Notes: a model not told the origin generated them from the letters alone. Shown: positions 10,176-20,064, numbered from the stretch's first letter. The stretch is 64,000 nt of DNA from an uncultured virus (IMG/VR IMGVR_UViG_3300025603_000008) (IMGVR_UViG_3300025603_000008); one strand, 5' to 3'. Numbers and translations are program-made.

Positions 10176-10480
10176 AAACCAACCGAGACCCAGTTCAAGT
10201 AGTCAACGATTTTTCTGTGTTCAACCCCAAGACGGATGAGTGGGAATCCACAGATAATTGTTTTTTGGACATCAATGGGTACAAAGGCGAGTTTGTTTGT
10301 TACGATTGCTTCACAAGGCTCCAAAATGGAGAAGTGCCAATAGAGATTGTCATATATGCGAAGCCAATTAAAGAGTTTGTGCTCAATAGAGACGGTGATA
10401 TTGCTTACGGTAAATTAGAATGGGGCAAAGCAGGATACAATTTACCTTGCTTGCTGAACGATAGTTTTTTTTGGTGCTGA
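10166..10480 (+). CDS. hypothetical protein (MRLK family)
   Basis: MRLKT start. Confidence 0.55.
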   Translation: MRLKTNRDPVQVVNDFSVFNPKTDEWESTDNCFLDINGYKGEFVCYDCFTRLQNGEVPIEIVIYAKPIKEFVLNRDGDIAYGKLEWGKAGYNLPCLLNDSFFWC

Positions 10481-10631
10481 CAGCGACATTCGCAGTGGGT
10501 CCAAGCGTTCTCCGAGTGGAGTTTGGCCAGGTGCGACCAGATGCCCAAGGAGAAGGGTGGGAGTTATGGACTGGCGGATTCGGGCCGTATCGGCTGCTAA
10601 TACCAACAGATAAAAGATTTTTTCGACCATT

Positions 10632-11201
10632 ATGAAATTTAAAATATCACAAGACCCTATTGAGGTAAGAGAGTATTTAGAGGCCCAAGGATTCTCTTTG
10701 TTTAAAAGAAGAGGAATCGAAAAAAAGAAATGGGGAAGCGAAGGCCGCAGCAACCGCCCTTGGTTCTGGAATCTGACAAACCCAGCTGAGGTATATAGGA
10801 AACCAAAAGGAGAGCTGTGGGAGTTCATCATTGTGGAATACAAGCTGCACTGGGACCAAGAGTACAACTCAAGCGGTGCCAACTGGTCTTATAGACGTGC
10901 CTTTAAAATGAAAGAAGGACTAAAATTCATTGCGGCGGGGTACGCTGGTGCTATTTTGTCGTCATTTAGATTGGAAGCGGGAATATGGTCTTCGGATACA
11001 GGCTGGTCTCCTTTCTGGCACACCTGCTCTATAGGAGAAAACGAGTTTCATGGACGCATAAACCCTCTTTACAATCCCTATAATCCCAAAGATGAAGAGA
11101 AATTTAAACTCGTAAAAAACGCTGAAAAATCACCTTCAATGTGTCGAGCTATTCAAGAAACCAGACAAAACGGTTTGAAGGCCAGAATAATATTCACATG
11201 A
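10632..11201 (+). CDS. hypothetical protein (MKFK start)
   Basis: 189-aa ORF. Confidence 0.65.
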   Translation: MKFKISQDPIEVREYLEAQGFSLFKRRGIEKKKWGSEGRSNRPWFWNLTNPAEVYRKPKGELWEFIIVEYKLHWDQEYNSSGANWSYRRAFKMKEGLKFIAAGYAGAILSSFRLEAGIWSSDTGWSPFWHTCSIGENEFHGRINPLYNPYNPKDEEKFKLVKNAEKSPSMCRAIQETRQNGLKARIIFT

Positions 11202-11272
11202 TATCGATATGAGAATGAAACACTAAAGCTGATGCAGGAGGAGAAAAACATCTGCGGCACAGGTAATCTAAC

Positions 11273-11309
11273 AAAAAAAGGAACCAAGATATCCTGATTC
11301 CTTTTTTTT
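11273..11309. terminator. bidirectional intrinsic terminator
   Basis: A-tract, GGAA(C/T)CA hairpin, T-tract between convergent genes. Confidence 0.65.
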
Positions 11310-11325
11310 AAAAATATGAAACTGA

Positions 11326-11640
11326 TTATCGGGTCGGGGTCGGAACTGGCGCAACAGCCTTTTCAGCCCAAAATATTGCTTTTGCTACAAAGTAACTTAA
11401 ATCTTTTTCAGACTCTAATTTACCCAGAATGTCGTCCTTATTAAGGATTGACTGTACAAAAGAATTAATCAACTCGGCATCATAAGGGTCGCCGATGGCA
11501 ATAATATCCGAAACAGCGTTCGATATTTTGGTGTAAGTAGCTAGATTGTCCTCTGTTTCATCTAAAAAATAAAATCCTAATAAAGCCAATTGTGAAGGTG
11601 TGAAAGATAGCATGTGTTTGTTTTTTCTGTGCAACAACAT
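11326..11640 (-). CDS. hypothetical protein
   Basis: ORF with upstream TATTTA. Confidence 0.6.
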   Translation of the reverse strand: MLLHRKNKHMLSFTPSQLALLGFYFLDETEDNLATYTKISNAVSDIIAIGDPYDAELINSFVQSILNKDDILGKLESEKDLSYFVAKAIFWAEKAVAPVPTPTR

Positions 11641-11684
11641 GTTGCTATCATAAATATTGGAAAAGAATTATATTTACCTCTAAA

Positions 11685-12956
11685 TCAAGGAATGAATTTT
11701 TTTAAAATCCTTTTGTACCATTTTTCTTTTTCAATTAATTTAATACCTTCAGTTTTTGTTAAAGGCGCTGCTTGAATATGTTTATGGAACATATCTGCGA
11801 CTCTATCCAGAGGTAGCTGGTCATAAATGTGAATAGAAGAAGAACACGAAAAACCACATATTTTTCTCAATATGTTTTCCTGTACCAGAGGAACTAAGTT
11901 TGTTATAAAACTCCTCCTTCCAGTGTGAGCTGATATATTATCATACCCCAACTCTTTTCCTAAATCTTTTATACTGCCAGTCAAAGCAGCATTCCTTGTT
12001 ACTCTTATTGGTGAATCTATAATTTCCACAATAGGAGCCAGTATCGGAATGTAAACTTCGTTGTGCGGTAATTTGTTTGTCTTGAAATTGGCGTATCGAT
12101 AATTATCGCCTTTCTTGATGTTGTTGAAAAAATTGTCAAGGTCGCCAATTCTAATACCTGTGAAAGCCATAATCAATAATGCGCTCTTCGCGTTCTTTAA
12201 TCTCTTCGTCTTAGGCTGGTAATCAATTAACACTTTTAGCTGTTTCCAACTCAAATACTCCTTCTTCTCCTGCTGATAACGAATTAAACGACTCCACTTT
12301 GATTTATCAACCAATAACCCCTTAGAGTCTGCTACGTTCCTAAAACGAATCATCGCTTTTTCATGACTCCATAAGGTGTTGTTGGATAAATTGAAATTAT
12401 TCGCGAGCCAGTCAAAAAAATCGCAAAATACATCATATGTGTATTTTTCCCAGTATAATTTCTTCTCTCTGGTTTTTTCAAACTCTTTTAATCTATTAAA
12501 AACTACTACATAACCCGCTTTCGTCGTATCGGCCAAATCTGACGTCTCAATGTGCTTTTGAATGAACAACACCATCCCATTTAATGGTTTTCCGCTTTTG
12601 TCATCCCCTATAAGCCTCCTGTATCTACTCACGACTAGTTCAGGTGTGGTTTTGTAGTGCTCAGACTTAACTTGCCAATAAGCATTAACCATTTGTGTTT
12701 CTAACTCCTTTATGAAATCACTTAATTCGTTCCCAAACTCTTTACAATACTCTAAGGATGGACACTTGCCCTTCTTGTCCCAGTGCTGAGGGAGAATCTG
12801 CTTCCCCGTTAACAGCCTGATACTCCTGTGTTTGACCTCGTCTGTGTCCACATCGACCTCTTTAAATCCTGCATTCAAAGAGATTTGAATCGCTTTTTTA
12901 GGATTCCCTGGAAGGTTTTTTAAGTTTATCTGGGTTAATGGGTTTAAAGAAGCCAT
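11685..12956 (-). CDS. tyrosine recombinase/integrase, Bacteroidota type (arm-binding + SAM-like + catalytic domains)
   Basis: FTGIRIGD, K, HTGRRSF and C-terminal Y motifs. Second His position reads GFS. Start moved to ATG 12956 because TTG 12980 lies in a TATCTTTG -7 promoter box. Confidence 0.85.
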   Translation of the reverse strand: MASLNPLTQINLKNLPGNPKKAIQISLNAGFKEVDVDTDEVKHRSIRLLTGKQILPQHWDKKGKCPSLEYCKEFGNELSDFIKELETQMVNAYWQVKSEHYKTTPELVVSRYRRLIGDDKSGKPLNGMVLFIQKHIETSDLADTTKAGYVVVFNRLKEFEKTREKKLYWEKYTYDVFCDFFDWLANNFNLSNNTLWSHEKAMIRFRNVADSKGLLVDKSKWSRLIRYQQEKKEYLSWKQLKVLIDYQPKTKRLKNAKSALLIMAFTGIRIGDLDNFFNNIKKGDNYRYANFKTNKLPHNEVYIPILAPIVEIIDSPIRVTRNAALTGSIKDLGKELGYDNISAHTGRRSFITNLVPLVQENILRKICGFSCSSSIHIYDQLPLDRVADMFHKHIQAAPLTKTEGIKLIEKEKWYKRILKKFIP

Positions 12957-13078
12957 AGTGTTTTTAAATTTATAACTCAAAGATACAATATAACTCTAAA
13001 GTAGCTGATTTGATTTTTGAAAAATTCTTAAAAAAAATTTTTGATGCCAACGATACGCGAATGCATATAATTTATGTA

Positions 13079-13360
13079 CATCTAAAAACATCTAAAAACA
13101 TCTAAAAGGTTTTAAAAACATTTAAAAGGTTTTTGAGGGCTCACTTACTGGGAATGATTTGTTTTAGGGGGTGTGATTTACTTTGAAAAATTATAGTAAA
13201 AAATTTTAGAGTGGTCGGGGCGGGTTTTTGGGCAACCCCTTGTTTAGCCCCTTATTAATGATACGCCTATTTAAGCCCCTATTTAAGCCCTTAACCCCTA
13301 TATAGACTCCTAGGGTCTTATTTAGGAGATAGTCTCTCTAAAGGTCTAAATAGGGGCTTG
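13079..13360. repeat. structured non-coding locus: 10-bp phased repeats, 12-bp direct repeat, 13-bp inverted repeat
   Basis: tctaaaaaca/tctaaaaaca/tctaaaaggt/tttaaaaaca/tttaaaaggt (13081-13130), ctatttaagccc x2, aagcccctattta 13273-13285 inverted at 13347-13359. Confidence 0.75.
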
Positions 13361-13417
13361 ATTAGTCTATTGTGGCTAACTTCGATTGTGGCTCTCCCGC
13401 TTTATGATTTGAGCGAA

Positions 13418-13612
13418 TTAATGGGTAGGCAAATCCTCCAGTCTTTTCAAAGCTTTTAAGATGGTTACTTTTTGTTCGTGCATATCAAGGATGCTTTCAA
13501 AATTCTTTTGCAAAATTTGCTTTGCATCTGTTTTATTGAAAGCTGAGAATGGTACTGTTGTAGAGCGGTATACTGCTTTTGTTAGTGCGTCATAGAAACC
13601 TGAAAAATCCAT
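13418..13612 (-). CDS. hypothetical protein
   Basis: Preceded by class I motif 13640-13666. Confidence 0.65.
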   Translation of the reverse strand: MDFSGFYDALTKAVYRSTTVPFSAFNKTDAKQILQKNFESILDMHEQKVTILKALKRLEDLPTH

Positions 13613-13676
13613 ATCGTATTGTTTTGCTGTTCTTATTTTATGAGTTGGTTTGCGGGTCTGGGATGAAAAAACAATA

Positions 13677-13895
13677 TTATCTACGACGGTTTTTACTTTT
13701 ACGTCTTTTACACTTCATCTTCGTGTAATCTCCGCCTGCTGCTTTGAACTTTTTGGCGTTTGAACGCGAAGATTTAGCGTTACTTTTCGAGTGTGACTGA
13801 TAGTTAAAGCCTTTTGTTTTGCTTCGTTGTGACGAGCAAGAGGCGAACGAGCAAGCCATTAGGATTGCTACGAAAATAATTAGTAGTTGTTTCAT
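13677..13895 (-). CDS. small lipoprotein with highly basic tail
   Basis: Signal peptide, FASC lipobox, K/R-rich C-terminus. ATG 7 nt from motif. Confidence 0.7.
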   Translation of the reverse strand: MKQLLIIFVAILMACSFASCSSQRSKTKGFNYQSHSKSNAKSSRSNAKKFKAAGGDYTKMKCKRRKSKNRRR

Positions 13896-13934
13896 GCTTA
13901 TTATGAGTTAACTTAATAGATTGGGATGAAAAAA

Positions 13935-14090
13935 TCAATCAAAACAAATTAGGTGTTTTTCGGTTTTTATTCTTGAAGCGAATACGCTAAGTGTTTGCTC
14001 TCCGTTTGTCACAACGTAAAGTATTCCATTTGTGTGTTCGATAGTGCATTTGACCACACCATCTAAATATACTACATTTCCTTTCTTCAT
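13935..14090 (-). CDS. hypothetical protein
   Basis: Start set by motif (ATG 7 nt downstream). Confidence 0.65.
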   Translation of the reverse strand: MKKGNVVYLDGVVKCTIEHTNGILYVVTNGEQTLSVFASRIKTEKHLICFD

Positions 14091-14136
14091 AACCTTTATG
14101 AGTTGGCTTGGTGGGTTGGGATGAAAAATTTCTTTG

Positions 14137-14352
14137 CTAGTTTGAAAATTTACCAGTTGTACAAGCAAGCAACGCTTTGACCCCCGTAAAGAACATTGAT
14201 AGAAAAAACACGAATATGCACACATCTAATCCAAAAGCTTCATTTTCAGGCTTGCATAGCCTACCTAATTGGTAGATAAAGCCTACACCGCCTGCTATTG
14301 TTATTAAAAATGCGACTAAGTTTGGAGTTGTGTTGGTGTTGGTGATTTTCAT
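14137..14352 (-). CDS. small membrane protein
   Basis: Two hydrophobic segments, motif upstream. Confidence 0.65.
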   Translation of the reverse strand: MKITNTNTTPNLVAFLITIAGGVGFIYQLGRLCKPENEAFGLDVCIFVFFLSMFFTGVKALLACTTGKFSN

Positions 14353-14403
14353 GTCTTTGTGTTTGTTACCCTTTATGAGTTCCATTGGTGGAATAGGATG
14401 GAT

Positions 14404-14799
14404 TTACCCTAAGATATTTATTGCTCCTGAATTGTCGGTTTGAATTACGCCATTTTCTTTTTTCCCAGCTTCTGAGTTTGAAGAAGCGAATATTTCCATT
14501 CGCAAGCTTTGAAGGTCTACACCTGAAAGAATGAAAGACTGTGTTTCTCCTTGCAAGTGGTGAAAATATGCACCATTAGGATAAGGTTTTGTAATAGTCA
14601 CTTTTCCCGTTTCGGTATCAATTTGCCCCATTCGGGTGTCAGATTGAATTTTAATCAATTTGGCATTGCCATCTTTGGCAATGGGGTAAACAATAAAACT
14701 CTGCGACTTGCGCATTTTTGGGAATTTAGCAATAATGCTTTTTGTTCCCATTATGTTCCCTTTGATTTTCTCTATCATGTTTCCGTTTGTTGCTTCCAT
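14404..14799 (-). CDS. hypothetical protein (MEATNGN start)
   Basis: Motif-led. N-terminus shared with 14838..15305. Confidence 0.75.
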   Translation of the reverse strand: MEATNGNMIEKIKGNIMGTKSIIAKFPKMRKSQSFIVYPIAKDGNAKLIKIQSDTRMGQIDTETGKVTITKPYPNGAYFHHLQGETQSFILSGVDLQSLRMEIFASSNSEAGKKENGVIQTDNSGAINILG

Positions 14800-14837
14800 G
14801 ACTATTATGAGTTGGCTTGGTGGGTTGGGATGAAAAA

Positions 14838-15305
14838 CTACGACAACAATTTGTCATAGTCAACAATATCTGTGTACTTCAAAACGTTTCTGTGTTCTTT
14901 GAGTGTTTCGACCCATTTTTGGCAAAAGCGTTGAATCGCCTTAAGTACCGCTTCTTCTGTTTTTAATGGTTTTCTAAATGGTATTTTTACGTTTTTCATT
15001 GCCAAATACTTTTCTTTTCGGTCTTCCATGTTTGGTTTTCTGTAGATAACTCCACCACCATTTCCCCCGTACACTTGTGTTTGCAGTTCTAAACTGTTTA
15101 CACTTAACAATAAAGACACGCATTGAGGAAATTGCCCTCTTACACCATTTATTGCATGGTCATTGGCGGCAAACATTATTCTAATGTAAGGCTCTTTGAA
15201 CATATTTGTTCGCTCTGCAACCTCCTTCCAAACTGATTTAGGAAGATTGTTTTTAAGGATGTTGCTAATTTTAATTGCTAAGATATTTCCGTTTGTTGCT
15301 TCCAT
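14838..15305 (-). CDS. hypothetical protein (MEATNGN start)
   Basis: Motif-led. Confidence 0.75.
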   Translation of the reverse strand: MEATNGNILAIKISNILKNNLPKSVWKEVAERTNMFKEPYIRIMFAANDHAINGVRGQFPQCVSLLLSVNSLELQTQVYGGNGGGVIYRKPNMEDRKEKYLAMKNVKIPFRKPLKTEEAVLKAIQRFCQKWVETLKEHRNVLKYTDIVDYDKLLS

Positions 15306-15353
15306 GCTTCTTATGAGTTGAGTTTTCGTTTCAGGATGAAAAATATCAATGCT

Positions 15354-15746
15354 TTATTCAGCACCGATATAATCATTAATTTGTTCCTCTGAAAGTGAAA
15401 TAGCCGCAAACTTTATTGCGGTTTTAAGCTCAGTAAACCCTTCTGCTTGAAGCGTTTTACCGTTTTTGAAGTGTAGGCAATTCATTTCGGGTGCATAGGC
15501 GTGACGCTCTAATTTTACTACTGCGCTTTCAATGTTCTCAACTCGTTTCAGTCGCTTTTCCCCACGTAGCATTTCGCTCTGAAAATCGTACCCTAAAAGC
15601 AAACTTTTTTCAGTAGAAGCTATTTGGTTTGCATCGTCAACGAAGTACATTTTTTTCATTGCTTCGAGCGACTGTTTTTGATACTTACCTTCTGGGCGCA
15701 AGGCTTGAAGTCTTGCGCTGATAATTTCGTGATTTGTTTGTGTCAT
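15354..15746 (-). CDS. hypothetical protein
   Basis: First ATG downstream of motif 15765. Confidence 0.7.
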   Translation of the reverse strand: MTQTNHEIISARLQALRPEGKYQKQSLEAMKKMYFVDDANQIASTEKSLLLGYDFQSEMLRGEKRLKRVENIESAVVKLERHAYAPEMNCLHFKNGKTLQAEGFTELKTAIKFAAISLSEEQINDYIGAE

Positions 15747-15899
15747 GTTGCTTCGTTTTACCTTATGAGTCAATAGAGACTTATGGGATGAAAAAAGAAA
15801 AAACCTTTATTTCTCATCTTGGTTCGGAAATTCGACTCATACGTTATGGAAATGTGTTTTGCAAAAAGAGTCAAAGCAAAAAGGGAATGACCCTTTTTT

Positions 15900-16127
15900 T
15901 TAAATGTTATTGTTTTGACAAAAGTTGTCATAAAAAGCATCATCTTGGGCTTGAATAAAATTTCCCAAAGACTTTGATTCACTTTCGCTTTTGAAACGTG
16001 CTGAATTTGCACTATATACTTTTCGTTCAGATGCGTCATAAAAAACTTCTGTTCCTTTTTTGACTTGAGTGTTTAATTCAGCACACTTGCTTGTGAACTT
16101 TGCGGTAATAAATCGTCCTTTATTCAT
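15900..16127 (-). CDS. hypothetical protein
   Basis: Motif-led, followed by hairpin 15878-15901. Confidence 0.7.
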   Translation of the reverse strand: MNKGRFITAKFTSKCAELNTQVKKGTEVFYDASERKVYSANSARFKSESESKSLGNFIQAQDDAFYDNFCQNNNI

Positions 16128-16170
16128 ACTTTTTATGAGTTGGCTTGGTGGGTTGGGATGAAAAATACTA

Positions 16171-16323
16171 TTAAAGGATAATGCCTAACTCTGCATTCAT
16201 AAGATAGCTATACATTTTAACACCAACTTTTTTAAGTTGTAATCCTTTTTTTTCTGCGAGCCTTAATCTTGTGGCAAAGATTAAATCTTTGCCTACGTTC
16301 TTACTTCTGTAGTTGTATTCCAT
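16171..16323 (-). CDS. hypothetical protein
   Basis: Downstream of motif 16348. Confidence 0.6.
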   Translation of the reverse strand: MEYNYRSKNVGKDLIFATRLRLAEKKGLQLKKVGVKMYSYLMNAELGIIL

Positions 16324-16365
16324 GTTGCGTTGCTTTGTTCTCTTTTCATGAGTCAAGTCAATCCT

Positions 16366-16710
16366 TTAGGATGTAAAAAGTGTAAAATCTTCCTGTGTTT
16401 CTTTTATACATTCAAGCGTTAACTTAGATGTTGAATTTATATTTTCCCAATGTCGTGGGGCTGAACTTCCTTTTTCATCTTCAAAAACAACAAACCAATA
16501 ATAACCACCGTCCCAAAAATGGATGTTTACTGAATTTACCGTATAAATTTTGTTACTGTTCTTTTTTTTGAATTTCTGACCATACAAAGGATGCTCTTCT
16601 ACTCTTCCATTTTTGCCCATTTTTCTGCGTAGGGCGAAGCAGTATAATTCGTCACGATTTCCTGAGCGTGCGCTAAATACTTTTCTGTAGTGTTCACTGT
16701 TAAATGCCAT
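16366..16710 (-). CDS. hypothetical protein
   Basis: Motif-led. Stop lies inside next motif. Confidence 0.7.
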   Translation of the reverse strand: MAFNSEHYRKVFSARSGNRDELYCFALRRKMGKNGRVEEHPLYGQKFKKKNSNKIYTVNSVNIHFWDGGYYWFVVFEDEKGSSAPRHWENINSTSKLTLECIKETQEDFTLFTS

Positions 16711-16735
16711 AACCTCTATGAGTTGGTTTTGTGGA

Positions 16736-17029
16736 TTAGGACGAAAACGTTTTTACTATTTCTGACTTTCCACTTAAATACACATTTCCTTTTCTTGAAA
16801 CTATTTCTGCGCTGCTTGCCCATAGCCAGCCGCATTTATAAGAATTATGTTGTGTTATCTTTTCTTGGGTAATTTCCATAGTTTCACCGCTAATAACTCT
16901 ATCTGAGCCTTCTACTTTTACATTCTCTACGTCTACATTTTTGTATAGACTAGCATACCTTTGTTTGTCTTGGTATGTAAGTTTAAACCCTTTAGATACA
17001 TACTCTTCTATTGCTTTGTTCATGTCCAT
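16736..17029 (-). CDS. hypothetical protein
   Basis: Motif-led. Stop lies inside next motif. Confidence 0.7.
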   Translation of the reverse strand: MDMNKAIEEYVSKGFKLTYQDKQRYASLYKNVDVENVKVEGSDRVISGETMEITQEKITQHNSYKCGWLWASSAEIVSRKGNVYLSGKSEIVKTFSS

Positions 17030-17084
17030 GCTTTTAATGAGTTCGGAATTAAGTCTGGGATGAAAAAAGAAAATTCTTTGTTTC

Positions 17085-17187
17085 TCATCCTGGTTCGGGG
17101 ATTCGACTCATTCCTTGTGGAAAACCGCTTTACTTGGCTTGTTTATTTGTTTCTTTTTTTTCATCCTACTATCGAAAGTTAACTCAT
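17085..17187 (+). ncRNA. conserved double-promoter module, possible short RNA or micro-ORF (copy 1)
   Basis: Motif with TTCGGGGATTCG spacer, then TCCTTGTGGAAAACCG, T-rich tract, second motif 76 bp later. Repeated at 26670, 39207, 54744. Confidence 0.4.
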
Positions 17188-17300
17188 AATAAGCATGAAA
17201 CCAAACGGGCGTTTTCACGTATATTATAAAGAAACCATAAGTTTCTTCAATTAAACCAAAGTTTTTTCGTCCTAACAAAACAAGTCAACTCATAGAAGGC

Positions 17301-17963
17301 ATGGAAGCAAAAAAAATCACTAAAGCACAATTCATCGAAATGATGAAATCGCAAAAAGGCGCAACTTTTTCGGGCTTAACATATCACGTAGACGAAAGCA
17401 AGTCACGAACTATTAACAAGAAGAAAGCACTTCAAAAAACGGTAAATACCGTAGCAACGCTTAATAGCATTTATCAAGCTAAAATCGACCGTATCTTAAC
17501 TGAGAAGGGGTTAAATTTCGATTGGACACCAAATAAAATGACGGGGCGTTCGTATGACGCAAACGACAAAAATCGTTGCATTGTCCACAAAGATAAAAAT
17601 CCTGATATTCAATACCTTTGCTTTGTATCCGAGGCACACAGCAAGCCGCAAACGCAATTGTTTAGCAACGGTCAGCCCGTTGAACGTAAAGATGTTTGGA
17701 ACGCTGACTACATAACCAATTCTGGATTGACGCAAAACGACAAAAAAGCCGCACAAAATTCCATGTTCAACCACGCATTAAAGCAATCGGCAATAGCCGA
17801 AAACGAAGGAAACACCGAACTTGCTAACGAATTACGAACGAAAGCAAACGCCATAGCAAACCTTGAAGAGTTTCAAAAGTTAGAGTTTATGTTTCGCACC
17901 GTTCAAATCGAGAACATTATTGGAGCGCGATTAGGTGGCGAAAGCTACATCATCGAGGGGTAA
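17301..17963 (+). CDS. hypothetical phage protein (duplicated)
   Basis: Motif-led, identical to 18683..19345. Confidence 0.85.
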   Translation: MEAKKITKAQFIEMMKSQKGATFSGLTYHVDESKSRTINKKKALQKTVNTVATLNSIYQAKIDRILTEKGLNFDWTPNKMTGRSYDANDKNRCIVHKDKNPDIQYLCFVSEAHSKPQTQLFSNGQPVERKDVWNADYITNSGLTQNDKKAAQNSMFNHALKQSAIAENEGNTELANELRTKANAIANLEEFQKLEFMFRTVQIENIIGARLGGESYIIEG

Positions 17964-17985
17964 GCTTCCCTAACAAAAAATAGTG

Positions 17986-18019
17986 CAAGGAACGGGCTAG
18001 AAATGGCTCGTTCCTTTTT
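17986..18019. terminator. intrinsic terminator (copy at about 19368-19401)
   Basis: aaggaacgggc-tagaaatg-gctcgttcctt-tt. Confidence 0.7.
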
Positions 18020-18161
18020 GGCTACCTCTCCCTCGTTGGCATGGTTTTCCATAAGGTATGAGTGCAATTGGCGGGTTGGGATGAGAAACCGAACAACAAA
18101 TAAAAGACAAATTTCCATTGATGTAATTCATCCTACTAGCTCTCCCTGACTCATAGATGGT

Positions 18162-18326
18162 ATGATTGATTTATTCTCTACACCACTTTCCAAGACGAAA
18201 ATAAGAAACGGGATATTTGCTTACAAATATTCCAACGGCACTATCAACATAGAGGGTCACAAATACCTTATGTGTTCTATCAAATATGCCGTCAAAGATT
18301 GGAGGGCAAATAATCCAGTCAGATAA
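18162..18326 (+). CDS. 54-aa hypothetical protein (not in ORF track)
   Basis: ATG 7 nt after motif 18128, stop just before identical motif 18328. Confidence 0.7.
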   Translation: MIDLFSTPLSKTKIRNGIFAYKYSNGTINIEGHKYLMCSIKYAVKDWRANNPVR

Positions 18327-18361
18327 TTCATCCTACTAGCTCTCCCTGACTCATAGATGGT

Positions 18362-18571
18362 ATGACGACAGACGAGCAACAAATGATTGAGAAATTCGGA
18401 ACGGAGCAAGTTCACATTGATACCATTCGATTTGGTGACACAGTTATCCACAATGGAGCGATGCGGACTGTAAGCAAAACGTTTATATCGTATGGCGGAT
18501 TTATGGGAACGTCTTTATGGGGTGATTCATACCACTCAGGATATAAGAGTGTCACGAAAGTCAACTCATAA
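18362..18571 (+). CDS. hypothetical protein
   Basis: Motif-led. Ends in ACTCAT half-site at duplication junction. Confidence 0.7.
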   Translation: MTTDEQQMIEKFGTEQVHIDTIRFGDTVIHNGAMRTVSKTFISYGGFMGTSLWGDSYHSGYKSVTKVNS

Positions 18572-19515
18572 TAAGCATGAAACCAAACGGGCGTTTTCAC
18601 GTATATTATAAAGAAACCATAAGTTTCTTCAATTAAACCAAAGTTTTTTCGTCCTAACAAAACAAGTCAACTCATAATAAGCATGGAAGCAAAAAAAATC
18701 ACTAAAGCACAATTCATCGAAATGATGAAATCGCAAAAAGGCGCAACTTTTTCGGGCTTAACATATCACGTAGACGAAAGCAAGTCACGAACTATTAACA
18801 AGAAGAAAGCACTTCAAAAAACGGTAAATACCGTAGCAACGCTTAATAGCATTTATCAAGCTAAAATCGACCGTATCTTAACTGAGAAGGGGTTAAATTT
18901 CGATTGGACACCAAATAAAATGACGGGGCGTTCGTATGACGCAAACGACAAAAATCGTTGCATTGTCCACAAAGATAAAAATCCTGATATTCAATACCTT
19001 TGCTTTGTATCCGAGGCACACAGCAAGCCGCAAACGCAATTGTTTAGCAACGGTCAGCCCGTTGAACGTAAAGATGTTTGGAACGCTGACTACATAACCA
19101 ATTCTGGATTGACGCAAAACGACAAAAAAGCCGCACAAAATTCCATGTTCAACCACGCATTAAAGCAATCGGCAATAGCCGAAAACGAAGGAAACACCGA
19201 ACTTGCTAACGAATTACGAACGAAAGCAAACGCCATAGCAAACCTTGAAGAGTTTCAAAAGTTAGAGTTTATGTTTCGCACCGTTCAAATCGAGAACATT
19301 ATTGGAGCGCGATTAGGTGGCGAAAGCTACATCATCGAGGGGTAAGCTTCCCTAACAAAAAATAGTGCAAGGAACGGGCTAGAAATGGCTCGTTCCTTTT
19401 TGGCTACCTCTCCCTCGTTGGCATGGTTTTCCATAAGGTATGAGTGCAATTGGCGGGTTGGGATGAGAAACCGAACAACAAATAAAAGACAAAATTCCAC
19501 CGTTGTAATTCATCC
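18555..19515 (+). repeat. about 961-bp direct duplication, copy 2
   Basis: See 17173..18133. Confidence 0.9.
18683..19345 (+). CDS. hypothetical phage protein (duplicate)
   Basis: Identical to 17301..17963. Confidence 0.85.
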   Translation: MEAKKITKAQFIEMMKSQKGATFSGLTYHVDESKSRTINKKKALQKTVNTVATLNSIYQAKIDRILTEKGLNFDWTPNKMTGRSYDANDKNRCIVHKDKNPDIQYLCFVSEAHSKPQTQLFSNGQPVERKDVWNADYITNSGLTQNDKKAAQNSMFNHALKQSAIAENEGNTELANELRTKANAIANLEEFQKLEFMFRTVQIENIIGARLGGESYIIEG

Positions 19516-19543
19516 CAACTCTCCCTTTGAACTCATAGAAGGC

Positions 19544-19771
19544 ATGGCGGAAATAAAAGAATGGTATCAAGAAGAATTCCCAACAGATGAATTGGGTGCG
19601 GAAATCAACCCAACAGTAACCTTTGAAGATTTGAAAGAGAATCTACCAAACGTTTACGATTGTTTGGGTGTGAGTGATTCACTTGTAAGAGAAAGAGTTT
19701 TCACTAAACTAGCAAACCTATTAAGTGTGGGTTATGACGAGATTTATTATGAATGGTTGAATAATGATTAA
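19544..19771 (+). CDS. acidic hypothetical protein
   Basis: Start set by motif 19510. Confidence 0.75.
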   Translation: MAEIKEWYQEEFPTDELGAEINPTVTFEDLKENLPNVYDCLGVSDSLVRERVFTKLANLLSVGYDEIYYEWLNND

Positions 19772-19812
19772 AGTTTTTTCATCCCAAAGAAGATAACCAA
19801 CTCATAAAGGGC

Positions 19813-20064
19813 ATGGAAGCAGCAACAGACACATCAGTAAGATTCGGAAGCAAGTTAGCACACGTACAAAAAGCGGGAAACCTCTTGACGTTGACTGACG
19901 ATGCACCAATCAACCAAAGACAAATAATCATTGAATCGGTTAAGCCCGCAGGAGATGCAATCGTAATCAACTTGCCATTTGGTAATTCGTTTCTAATGAA
20001 TTCGGTTCAGTCGCTTGTGGATATTGTGGATTGGGAATGGATGGAAGAAAATGTTATGGATTAA
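19813..20064 (+). CDS. hypothetical protein
   Basis: Motif-led. Confidence 0.75.
   Translation: MEAATDTSVRFGSKLAHVQKAGNLLTLTDDAPINQRQIIIESVKPAGDAIVINLPFGNSFLMNSVQSLVDIVDWEWMEENVMD

Larger units (their letters stand above)
13640..17063 (-). promoter_or_regulatory. class I motif array, minus-strand arm (TCATCC-N15-ACTCAT)
   Basis: 27-bp copies starting at 13640, 13903, 14098, 14375, 14807, 15313, 15765, 16135, 16348, 16718, 17037, one per gene. Also at 18058 and 19440. Confidence 0.9.
17173..18133 (+). repeat. about 961-bp direct duplication, copy 1 (copy 2 at 18555..19515)
   Basis: Identical 220-aa gene, offset 1382, few SNPs near ends. Both ends fall inside class I motifs. Confidence 0.9.

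Noticed and set aside
11685..12956. Calling the recombinase an integron integrase (IntI)
   Set aside because: It has an arm-binding/SAM-type architecture and I see no IntI-specific insertion.
17173..19515. Duplication as an assembly artefact
   Set aside because: Copies differ at several positions (17294-17300 vs 18676-18682 and near the right end) and have unique genes between them. Read-level confirmation is still advisable.
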